From Macrostomum lignano (lineage: Eukaryota): 64,000 nt of DNA. Shown here one piece after another: positions 1-22,000 of the stretch. A program made the position numbers and the translations under genes. Position 1 is the stretch's first letter. The number at the start of each line of letters is the position of its first letter. The notes under the pieces are model-generated. The model saw only the letters and a program-made list of their open reading frames with translations. It was not told the DNA's origin and did not search any database. The stretch covers positions 310,001 to 374,000 of the forward strand of contig NIVC01000854.1 in assembly GCA_002269645.1 (NCBI GenBank), written 5' to 3'.

Positions 1-837
<837 letters not shown>

Positions 838-838
<1 letters not shown>

Positions 839-970
839 GGGGGATGCTTGCTATCTGGGGATGCTTGCTATCTGCGGTTGCTTACTCTTGGAGGGGGTGC
901 TTACTATCTGGGGGGATGCTTGCTATCTAGGGGTGTGGGGGGTCTTGGGGATGTTTTCTATGTAGGGGGA
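838..970. repeat. Degenerate 17-20 bp G-rich repeat (GGGGATGCTTGCTATCT)
   Basis: Three near-perfect and several decayed copies are visible. Confidence 0.6.
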
Positions 971-1650
971 ATGTCTGTTATCTTTGTGAAAACTATATTT
1001 TGTTGTCTTTCTGTTAATTTTAGAAAAAAAAGAGATTCATAGCTAACATCTTTCTTTGTCCGTGACAATTTTACTGGAATAAGGAGATTTATAAAACTGA
1101 AGAAGGAATTGGTTCTTAAGAAATGTGCTTTTTTAATTGTTTTCCATGAATATTTTTTGCTCTTTGCTTATTGCGCGCTACTAGAATTGCTAGTCCCATC
1201 TATACATGTATTGGTTCAGCTGTCAATAGAAAGTAGCAAGGGATGACTTTCTGGAGCTCATGACCGCTTATGTCCCCCAATGGTTTTGGCCCCTTCATTG
1301 CATTCATTTCAATAATGACAATGCGCAAAATGTCATTACGCCATAATGGCAATGCGATTGTATGACAATTATGGCGTGAATAAGCCACAACGCTGGCAAA
1401 TAGCTATCGTCCATATTCAAATGTACGTGTCTATTAATAGAATACTAGCTTGTTTCTCTCTTTCGTGTGCGCACGTTAGTGCATGGATACATGCATGTGC
1501 ACATTCGTCAGGAGGATTGGGGGTGGCTGCATTTTCTCAGTTAGAACTTACGTGTTTGTTTTGTACAAAAAGCCTCGCTATGCAGACTAAGAGAGACGAA
1601 GTTCTAGCACGAATTGAGCGCGAGTTAATAACATGCAAAGCTAGTTGGCC

Positions 1651-3157
1651 ATGTCTGTTGAATTTGCTGAACAGCACGAGGGTCTGACCTTCCGCACAGC
1701 CACCTTAGCGGATTCCGATGCCATCTGTCGACTTTGCCTGGCAGACTTCTATCCGCGAATGCCGCTATTTCGACACTTGAACGCCACGGAGGCAAGCGAC
1801 GTGGAGACAACGCTGGCGATGCTGCCGGCGGTGCTGGGACAGGGGGCCTCGCTGGTGGCTGTGGACAGCGACAGCGGAGAACTGGTCGGAGCCAGGCTGT
1901 CTACTGTTGAGTCATCGTCAATAGGAAGGAATCAAGAGTAGGTTTTATTGATACGTAAGGGGCAATTTTTAGCCAGTATCATTGGTTAGAGCGTCCGATT
2001 CGCGGCAGAAAGGTCGGGGGTTCGATTCTCGACCTACTCGGAACAATTTGTGTGCTTGAGCAAAACGCTTAACGCCCATTAGCTGGGGTATTGAGGGTGT
2101 GTGTGGCGACCCCCGCTACAGTCCATGGACTGAACAGCCGTACGCAGCCTTCAGATGCGCCGCGCAATAGCTGCGGCTGAGCTGTCGGTGGCACATCTGT
2201 CCATTAGGGCAGTTTTGTAATCAATTATTATTATTATTCGGAATTAAACATGTAATTAAAATGTTGCTAATAGGTTTACTAAATTAAATAAACAATTTTA
2301 TCATTCTTTTTTCTGTTACACCCTGTAATTTGCTCAGCGTGGTGATTACGTAATGTATGTCGTAGAGTGAGTTGTGCAAATTATAAGGTGGCGACTTTTC
2401 AAAGTTGCTACGGATATAGTGACGAACAAGATAGGAAGTAGTCCTTGATTAGGGACTGCCGGCTTGCAAATAAAGCAAATAAACTACAGCTTTTTCAATG
2501 GATTTCGCTTTCTTAAGAGACTTTACGTAGTTCGGAAATCCATAAGTTGAGATGATTCTAATTTGGTGCTAAAAAACTGAGAACTTCTCGTCTCACCCAA
2601 TGTAGATTGCATGTCCTTTATATTTAGTGGTCCATGGAAATTTTCAAAATATCAAAAGCGGGAAACGTCCAGCAAGAAAAGTCAACTTCTAGATTTACTA
2701 GAGCTTGAAGTATTTCAATTTCAGAGCATTCAAGCAACCGTTGCTCACAGACAGCACCTTGGCAGCTCGTTACCCGAAGCACAGTCTGGTAGTGCGCCTG
2801 GTAGACCACGTGGAATCCCTGGTAGACTGGTCCAATCTCTATCCGGAGGCGCGTCGAGCTCTCGCCTTCCGACTGCTGGTTGTCAAGGCAACGCACGGCA
2901 GACGCGGCATCGGCAGACGCCTCGTTGAATGCTCGCTGAGGCTAGCGGCCCAGCGGCTTGACATCCCGCTGGCGGTGGGCAGCACCGAGAGCAGGCATTC
3001 GCAGCGAATCTACGAGAAACTCGGCTTCCAGCGGCTGGCCTCGGTGGACTATCGGCAGTACACGGATTCTGTCAGTGGGGAGCAGCCCTTTGCTGCACTG
3101 GCTGAGACCACCGAGCACACGGAGGCTGTTATGTTTGCTAGGAGCACGCGTGATTAA
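1651..3157 (+). CDS. Insect-type arylalkylamine/dopamine N-acetyltransferase-like GNAT; exons 1651-1937 and 2725-3157; 239 aa
   Basis: Phase-2 intron GA|GTAGGT ... TTTCAG|A joins two ORFs into 720 nt. Motifs are FYPRMPL (the FFxDEPL position), LVAVDSDSGELVG, the acetyl-CoA motif V..HGRRGIGRRL and SQRIYEKLGF..LASVDY. Confidence 0.85.
1959..2238 (+). mobile_element. tRNA-derived SINE (family 1, CORE-like), internally deleted copy inside the AANAT intron
   Basis: A box (TGGTTAGAGCG), B box (GGTTCGATTC) and (ATT)n tail. It is colinear with the reverse complement of 40321-40632 but lacks about 60 bp. Confidence 0.85.
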
Positions 3158-3353
3158 ACCTGGTAACTTCATCGTCAGTTACATCTAGTTTTATAAAATT
3201 AAATCATTAACCTTCATGTTGTTTCTCTTAATATCGCGTTGGATTTTAATGACTTCGTTATACTGAGACTGACTGCTCTTCATCATGATTCTGATTTCCT
3301 GACATCGAATAAAGTTATATATTAGATGATTTGATAATAAACAATTCCTTTAA

Positions 3354-3917
3354 CACCAAGGGGCTTTAGCACCAAGGGGCTTTAGCACCAAGGGGCTTTA
3401 GCACCAAGGGGCTTTAGCACCAAGGGGCTTTAGCACCAAGGGGCTTTAGCACCAAGGGGCTTTAGCACCAAGGGGCTTTAGCACCAAGGGGCTTTAGCAC
3501 CAAGGGGCTTTAGCACCAAGGGGCTTTAGCACCAAGGGGCTTTAGCACCAAGGGGCTTTAGCACCAAGGGGCTTTAGCACCAAGGGGCTTTAGCACCAAG
3601 GGGCTTTAGCACCAAGGGGCTTTAGCACCAAGGGGCTTTAGCACCAAGGGGCTTTAGCACCAAGGGGCTTTAGCACCAAGGGGCTTTAGCACCAAGGGGC
3701 TTTAGCACCAAGGGGCTTTAGCACCAAGGGGCTTTAGCACCAAGGGGCTTTAGCACCAAGGGGCTTTAGCACCAAGGGGCTTTAGCACCAAGGGGCTTTA
3801 GCACCAAGGGCTTTAGCACCAAGGGGCTTTAGCACCAAGGGGCTTTAGCACCAAGGGGCTTTAGCACCAAGGGGCTTTAGCACCAAGGGGCTTTAGCACC
3901 AAGGGGCTTTAGCACCA
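3354..3917. repeat. 16-bp minisatellite (CACCAAGGGGCTTTAG), about 35 copies
   Basis: Nearly perfect tandem array. Confidence 0.98.
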
Positions 3918-4146
3918 GCTTGTGCGACCTAGAGTCGGTCTTTTTAGCGGCGGGGTGGTCTGTGAAATTAGCGACAGGCACAATTGTCTGGCTCAGCGTC
4001 CGTTGTTGCTTGTTGATGTTGCTTGAAGCTTGGTATTCTTATCCACCCCTGCGTGTATTCACGCTCGTAGTCTGAATGCTCATGAAATTAAAAGAACTGA
4101 GACTTCCGAAGAGACTTGTGTCCTAGTACTTTTACATATGTGCTTT

Positions 4147-4931
<785 letters not shown>

Positions 4932-5009
4932 GTTAGGGACACATGAGGTAAAGGACATAAGAGCGTGAAGATCCTCCAATTCAAAGCCAAGACTTAAGGA
5001 TGCCGCTAG

Positions 5010-5364
5010 GGGGGCCGTAGCCCAGCGGTAGCGCAGCTGCTCTGGTGTGCCGCGACCCAGGCTCGATTCCAAGTGCAGCCACATTAATTTGGGGCTGAAT
5101 TGGAATCTCGGCTTGGCTCTGCTCGTGCAATTAACGGCCTTGAGAGCCAACCCCCCAAGGCGCAGTGAAGTGTACATGCCTAACGATAAATAAGTTAGGG
5201 CCGCTGTACACTCCTGTGTGAGTGTGTGCCTGCGTACGTATCCGCGCGCTTGTGTGCCTGCTCAGGGGAGTCGGCGGAATGGGCAGTAATGCCTCTCGCC
5301 GGTTGTGTGCCTATGTCGCTTAAAGTGCGCCAGGGTGCACACAACCCCCTGCCTCTAATAAAAA
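5010..5364 (+). mobile_element. Full-length tRNA-derived SINE (family 2) with 14-bp target-site duplication
   Basis: TSD AAGGATGCCGCTAG at 4996-5009 and 5365-5378. A box TAGCCCAGCGG, B box GGCTCGATTCC and A-rich tail. Other copies lie at 21524, 48046 and 51800. Confidence 0.92.
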
Positions 5365-6482
5365 AAGGATGCCGCTAGTAAAACAATTGTTCATTTAAAA
5401 TAGGAAAAATGGAAAAGTTCGTGACAATATCATACTGACCAAACTCGTCGCAAAATCGACAGCGACGAGCAAGTGCGTGGGCAGAATATCAAAACATTTC
5501 GAGCTATTATTAGCCACAAACAGGGGCGCCCGTCGGACTCGGTGGCCCCTGCAACAGCGGCCATTATCGGATCAGCTTATCAAGTCGTTTTGCCGTTTGC
5601 GTTGATTGCCGCCCCAATTAACAATTTGAGCTCCGGCAAAGCTGAGCTGCTCGTATCGGCTTGTTAGCTTGGGATCAGCATTGGCTGCTTGTCCTTCTCG
5701 CGTACCCCCCTGATGGAGAGAGGACTGCGCACTTGCTACCAAATTAGAGTCCCGATTGTATATTTATGCATTCTGTTTATTGCCGGGAAAATCTTTATAA
5801 GTCTTCGATCAGTTTTGCTGCATTGATTGATGTCTGTTTTGCTCCAGAGAGAACTCGGTCGCATTCTAGCATGCATTTATTAGCAAAGTGCAGCTGTAGT
5901 AGATGGTCAATTAATCCATTTTGCAAGAATATCGTCTGTTCAACAAAAGTTCTTACACAACTTGATTCCAAATTTTAAGATTCAACTATAAGCGGTCGTG
6001 CTGTTAAATTGGCGAAAAAAATTCAACCAGCCTTACAACAAGGACTTCTAGACTACTTGTGGTTCTTGGCTTTGCAACGGGTATCCAAACCAAATCAACG
6101 CCTACATATGGTGTTAGCAGGTTCAGCCAATCAGACGCGCCGACCCCCTCCTCCTCAACTGCTCTGGAGAAGTTACTTTAAGTGTCTCGGTTTTTCTGCG
6201 TTACATTAATGTAGCCAAGCACACAGCACAGGCGCATCAGGCAGGAGATACTCTTTCGATTGCGAGAATCTCAGATGAGTCTGTTCTAAATATTACAAAA
6301 ATTTGATACTTTTTCCTTGCCTCGAAAGTCTGCCGCGACTAATTATTTTATAGCTACTAGAGAACTGCCTCCCTGGAAGCCGCCTCCAGGGCCGGACGCT
6401 GTACCGAGCCAAGACCTCGCACAGACTCGATCCGTTCTGCCGAGCTGAATAGGAAATTTCCCATTGGCATTGAGCAGCAGCC

Positions 6483-15356
<8,874 letters not shown>

Positions 15357-15382
<26 letters not shown>

Positions 15383-15520
15383 TGCCAGCTCAGGACTGGG
15401 GAATTAGTGCCAGCTCAGGACTGGGGAATTAGTGCCAGCTCAAGGCTTCGGAATTAGTGCCAGCTCAAGGCTGGGGAATTAGTGCCAGCTCAAGGCTGGG
15501 GAATTAGTGCCAGCTTAGAA
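15357..15520. repeat. 25-bp repeat (GCCAGCTCAGGACTGGGGAATTAGT), about 6 copies
   Basis: Direct reading. The first unit overlaps the ORF stop at 15380-15382. Confidence 0.9.
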
Positions 15521-15589
15521 CTGTGAATTAGTGACATGCAGGTCAGGACTGGGGAATAGTATGTCCGAGCTAAGTATCTTGGGATATCT

Positions 15590-17458
15590 GTTTGAAACCA
15601 CCTGTTAATTAGACAGGTTACTAAAGTGACTGCAGGAAACCACCTGTTAATTAGACAGGCTACTAAAGTGACTGCAGGAAACCACCTGTTTAATTAGACA
15701 GGTTACTAAAGTGACTGCAGGAAACCACCTGTTAATTAGACAGGTTACTAAAGTGACTGCAGGAAACCACATGTTAATTAGACAGGTTACTAAAGTGACT
15801 GCAGGAAACCACCTGTTAATTAGACAGGTTACTAAAGTGACTGCAGGAAACCACCTGTTAATTAGACAGGTTACTAAAGTGACTGCAGGAAACCACCTGT
15901 TAATTAGACAGGTTACTAAAGTGACTGCAGGAAACCACCTGTTAATTAGACAGGCTACTAAAGTGACTGCAGGAAACCACCTGTTAATTAGACAGGTTAC
16001 TAAAGTGACTGCAGGAAACCACCTGTTAATTAGACAGGTTACTAAAGTGACTGCAGGAAACCACCTGTTTAATTAGACAGGTTACTAAACTGACTGCAGG
16101 AAACCACCTGTTAATTAGACAGGCTACTAAAGTGACTGCAGGAAACCACCTGTTTAATTAGACAGGTTACTAAAGTGACTGCAGGAAACCACCTGTTAAT
16201 TAGACAGGTTACTAAAGTGACTGCAGGAAACCACATGTTAATTAGACAGGTTACTAAAGTGACTGCAGGAAACCACCTGTTAATTAGACAGGTTACTAAA
16301 GTGACTGCAGGAAACCACCTGTTAATTAGACAGGTTACTAAAGTGACTGCAGGAAACCACCTGTTAATTAGACAGGTTACTAAAGTGACTGCAGGAAACC
16401 ACCTGTTAATTAGACAGGCTACTAAAGTGACTGCAGGAAACCACCTGTTAATTAGACAGGCTACTAAAGTGACTGCAGGAAACCACCTGTTAATTAGACA
16501 GGCTACTAAAGTGACTGCAGGAAACCACCTGTTAATTAGACAGGTTACTAAAGTGACTGCAGGAAACCACCTGTTTAATTAGACAGGTTACTAAAGTGAC
16601 TGCAGGAAACCACCTGTTAATTAGACAGGTTACTAAAGTGACTGCAGGAAACCACCTGTTAATTAGACAGGTTACTAAAGTGACTGCAGGAAACCACCTG
16701 TTAATTAGACAGGTTACTAAAGTGACTGCAGGAAACCACCTGTTAATTAGACAGGTTACTAAAGTGACTGCAGGAAACCACCTGTTAATTAGACAGGCTA
16801 CTAAAGTGACTGCAGGAAACCACCTGTTAATTAGACAGGCTACTAAAGTGACTGCAGGAAACCACCTGTTAATTAGACAGGCTACTAAAGTGACTGCAGG
16901 AAACCACCTGTTAATTAGACAGGCTACTAAAGTGACTGCAGGAAACCACCTGTTAATTAGACAGGCTACTAAAGTGACTGCAGGAAACCACCTGTTAATT
17001 AGACAGGTTACTAAAGTGACTGCAGGAAACCACCTGTTAATTAGACAGGTTACTAAAGTGACTGCAGGAAACCACCTGTTTAATTAGACAGGTTACTAAA
17101 GTGACTACAGGAAACCACCTGTTAATTAGACAGGTTACTAAAGTGACTGCAGGAAACCACCTGTTAATTAGACAGGTTACTAAAGTGACTGCAGGAAACC
17201 ACCTGTTAATTAGACAGGTTACTAAAGTGACTGCAGGAAACCACCTGTTAATTAGACAGGCTACTAAAGTGACTGCAGGAAACCACCTGTTAATTAGACA
17301 GGCTACTAAAGTGACTGCAGGAAACCACATGTTAATTAGACAGGCTACTATAGTGACTGCAGGAAACCACATGTTAATTAGACAGGCTACTAAAGTGACT
17401 GCAGGAAACCACCTGGTAATTAGACAGGCTACTAAAGTGACTGCAGGAAACCACCTGT
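15590..17458. repeat. 42-bp satellite (GTGACTGCAGGAAACCACCTGTTAATTAGACAGGTTACTAAA), about 44 copies
   Basis: Near-perfect array with T/C variants and occasional +T units. Confidence 0.98.
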
Positions 17459-17848
17459 TGGACACGCGTTACCTACTACCATTTTGCAATTACGAGAGGC
17501 GGCTGAGGAGTAGCCGATGACAAGCTCAACCTCAACTGCTGCCCAATCAACAATATGCACGCTTACTTGCAGCAGCTGCTTCAACCCGATATGAAAATTC
17601 TATTTTTCACACATTGGCTTCAGTGTCACACCTGCGGCTTACATGTACGCACACGCTAGTTAAGCCACAAAGCAGGTTGCTGTTAACATGATTTACATAC
17701 AAATTATATTACCCAAGCTTTATAACTAAATACATTTATACTAGTTACAACGTGCTGTGCTAGCAACTGCTTGTTTAAACACCGGTATAAGTACTACTAA
17801 TAGTAGCACAAATTAAGTAGCCCATTGTTACTTCTTTTTACGAGCTAT

Positions 17849-18520
17849 TATACCTTTTAACAATTTTTTGGACATAAGTGAAGTTAATTTAGTCATTAGT
17901 CAGCTCAGTTCTAGAAAAGTGAGTTTGATTTAGTCAGCAGTCGGGGCTTACCATAGACTATAGTTAAGAATCGAAATCGATTTAGTCAAGTTTCTCTAAA
18001 TCCGTCTTTCGTAACTTTTATTAAGTCAAAGTGAATTTTATTTATTCGTTATAGCTTTAAGAAGATACAAGTAGTGAAACAAGAACGCAAACGAACACAG
18101 ACATGATGACTAAATGACTAAATAAAATTCACTTTGACTAAAATCAAGTCATGGAAGGGTTTAAATCATGGAGGAAAGAATAGAATGGAATGCTAATCTG
18201 AGCCAGTTATTTTTATCTCGCTCGATTTTCGCTTTTAACTCCCCTTTCCCCCCCCGTTCTTTCCTATTGGCTGAAAGCTATTTTGATGCGAGCTCGAACT
18301 ATGCTGGGACAGACCTTTCAGAGGGGAACGAAAGCGAAAGCGAGACGAAAAATACTTTGTCTATGGCAGTCACGAGCACTTGACTAAATCGATTTCATTT
18401 CTTTACCATAGTCTATGGTAAACCCCGAGTGCTGACTAAATCAAACTCACTTTTCTAGGACTGAGCTGGCTAATGACTAAATTAACTTCACTTATGTCCA
18501 AAAAATTGTTAAAAGGTATA
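17849..18520. mobile_element. Foldback MITE with about 150-bp TIRs and a probable TA TSD
   Basis: TATACCTTTTAACAATTTTTTGGACATAAGTGAAG... is mirrored by ...CTTCACTTATGTCCAAAAAATTGTTAAAAGGTATA. A second inner inverted pair lies at 18022-18048 and 18121-18142. Confidence 0.85.
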
Positions 18521-19083
18521 TTTACTATGAATAAATACAAACAAAAGTATCAGAAAATCTAAAAAAATATCGTTAAAACAGCACAACAGATTTTTCACCG
18601 ATTGCAATTCGAACTTTGGATTGTTCTGTTTAAATTGTTGCTTCATTTTTGTTTTAATCACCTGTTCGCTCCGGTTTGTTTGCAGCAACAAGGTGGTAAA
18701 TATATTTTCATTTTATATATTGAATTATTAGTTATTAACTATAATTAAAACGCGAGAAAGAGAAATTCAAACACGGAGACCGAGAGCCAAACAGACTAAC
18801 AGGATTTTCGGTCACGAATTGCTTCAAATCAGCATTGCCAGGCCGCACAACTACTACACAGGCGACTTCAGAGACTAATATAATAATTATATGGGAAAGC
18901 AAATGAGCAATGACAACAGGGTTGGGCTCGGGTCATAGTAGTCAAAACTTCGCGGCGTAGTAAAAAACCCCCAGGCGGGAAAAAATAAACAACGTGTAGT
19001 TTGATGCAAATCGAGTTCGACTGTAATTAATTATTATTAATAAACAATGAAACTAACACACAAACCGCATTGAGCTGGCGATT

Positions 19084-22000
19084 TCAAAAATCCTCCGGCG
19101 CGTCCAGATCCTGGTAGTTAATGAGCTTGCGGCCAGTGGGGGCCATTGGCCGGCCGCCGCGGAAGCCGCCGCGTGGGCCGCCACCACCGAATCGATCGTT
19201 GAAGTAGCCGCCGCGACCGCCGCCAAACTCGCGCTGCTGCGGATAGCCGCCGCCGCCGCCTCCGTAAAATTCGGGCGGAGGCCTCCGACCGCCCTGGTCA
19301 TAGCGGGGTCCTCCGTAGCCGCCGCCGCCGCCGCCGTAGTCGAAGTCGCGACCGCCGCGTGGAAAGCCGCCGCCAGGGCCGCCTCCTTGCATTCGACCGC
19401 CCATCTGCTGCTGCTGCTGCTGCTGCTGCATCATGTAGTGCTGTTGCTGCTGCTGTTGCTGCTGCTGGCTGTGATGAGCCGGATCGGCTACGTGAGGCCG
19501 CTTCGGGTCCCTGATGTAGTTGTTGAAGTACTGCACATCTTTGCGGACATCGTCAACGGCCGATTGGTGCTTGTTGAAGATGTGCTTCTTGATGAACTCA
19601 GGGCCTTTGAACTTCTTGCCGGATAGCGGGCACAGCCACTGAAATGAGACATTGCACAGCGGTACAAATTACAGTTAGTAATTATATTGACGGACTAGCA
19701 ACTAAACTGTACACATAAGGACCAGATTAGCAAGAGCAGTAACAGCCCTGATGGGATTAGCAGCCTCACAATCGAACCTGATGGGATTAGCAGCCTCACA
19801 ATCGAACCTGATGGGATTAGCAGCCTCACTATCGAACCCGATGGGATTAGCAGCCTCACTATCGAACCCAATGGGATTAGCAGCCTCACTATCGAACCCG
19901 ATAGGATTAGCAGCCTCACTATCGAACCTGATGGGATTAGCAGCCTCACTATCGAACCCAATGGGATTAGCAGCCTCACTATCGAACCTGATGGGATTAG
20001 CAGCCTCACTATTGAACCAAATGGGATTAGCAGCCTCACTATCGAACCAGATGGGATTAGCAGCCTCACTATCGAACCCGATGGGATTAGCAGCCTCACT
20101 ATCGAACCCGATGGGATTAGCAGCCTCACTATCGAACCAGATGGGATTAGCAGCCTCACTATCGAACCCGATGGGATTAGCAGCCTCACTATCGAACCTG
20201 ATGGGATCAACAACCGCACAGAATCTCCATTACCTTGTCCTGGCCGAGCTCCTTGGTATTGTCCTGGATGAATTTTTCAACGGCAGATTCTTCATCGCGC
20301 AATCCTAACTTCTTGGCGTCCTCGGAGGCGATAGGATTAACAAACTGCGTCAGTGATTGCACTTTAGACTCGAATTCGCGCATGTAATTGTCAACTTCGC
20401 GCTGTAAAATTGGCTTGTCAGGCATGGTGACAGCGCCGCGGGCGTGCATGATTCCGCATCTGTGCGGCATGTCGTCCTCGCTCGGGTACTCGGTGGCCGA
20501 ATAGAAATCAACGCTGTGCACGGCACGCAGGTAGAGAATGAGGCGGTCTAGCTTGCCTTGCAGGGACGGCTCGATCTCGATTTTTACTTCGGCGTCGCCG
20601 CCAGACTGCGACTCGAGAGACACGCCGCCTGTTGTATGGTCAAGAGGGGAGCTGGCGTGTGAGAACTGGCTGCATGATAGCACAGGTGACACACACAGAG
20701 ATGGCTGCATGATAGCACAGGTGACACACACAGAGATGGCTGCATGATAGCACAGGTGACACACACAGAGATGGCTGCATGATAGCACAGGTGACACACA
20801 CAGAGATGGCTGCATGATAGCACAGGTGACACACACAGAGATGGCTGCATGATAGCACAGGTGACACACACAGAGATGGCTGCATGATAGCACAGGTGAC
20901 GCACAAGTGGCTGCATGATCGCACAGGCAAAATAAAAATTTAAATAACCAACCTAACAGAGCCTCCTCCTCGTAGCTGCCCTCATCGACGATAAACTCGG
21001 CCAAGTTTTTCAACAAAGGATTGCTGCTAGCGGCGGCGCCCACCACAGGACAGTTGGCTCCAGCCGTTGAGGTGACCAAATCAGTTGGCAGTTGCGGCGC
21101 AGCGGCCGGCTTAGCTGACTCAGATCCGTTTGCCACCGTATGCAGGCCCTGCTTAGCGTCGAGCTGCTGTACAATTTTAGCAGCCAATCGAATATCCTGG
21201 CGCATCACTGTGCGATGATTGGCCACGGTCATGATTGGTCTGACCCGCATAGACAGCTCGCGATTTACAATAGCGCCCAGGTCGCACTCTTTCAGGCTGG
21301 TGGCGTATTGAAGGGTGATGTTATTGATGGGATTAATCAAAAGAAAGAATGCTCGTATCATCGCCTCGCTCTCAACCACACTAAGCATGAAAAAACGCGC
21401 AGCTGTCTATGGCCAAAGCTCACATCACATCCCCTAAAGTTTCATAAAAACCCAGGCCAGAGGCGTCCCAGAGTCACTTGCGTCGCCCCAGCATACCTGC
21501 GCAAACTGTGATTCACCCAGCCGTTTTTTTATTATCTTTTTTATTAGAGGCAGGGGGTTGTGTGCACCCTGGCGCACTTTAAGCGACATAGGCACACAAC
21601 CGGCGAGAGGCATTACTGCCCATTCCGCCGACGCCCCTGAGCAGGCATACAAGCGCGCGGATACGTACGCAGGCACACACTCACACAGGAGTGTACAGCA
21701 ACCCTAACTTTATTTTATCGTTAGGCATGTACACTAAGTGATGCGCTCGTTACTCAACATGACTCTCCGTCGCATGCATTAGTCGTTTGAGTCGTTCTCA
21801 TAGGGCTTGACAGACCCAACAGTATTTAACTGTAAATAGTAAATAAACCTACCGAATATTATTCAAGTTCCAGCAGATTTCCTTGATATTAACATCGTGC
21901 TTGAACGTGACCCAACCGCGCCGGAAGAATTTTCGTTCAGCCAGAGGATCCTGCAGTGCCAGGCGCACAAAGCCTGGATAGGCTTTGCACAGAGCTTCAA

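Noticed and set aside
1959-2035. tRNA gene calls for the A/B-box regions (also 5010-5075 and 40570-40632)
   Set aside because: No complete cloverleaf; the heads continue into shared SINE bodies with tails.
15711-17520. VTAGNHLLIRQVTK repeat ORFs
   Set aside because: 42-bp satellite; frames break at +T units.
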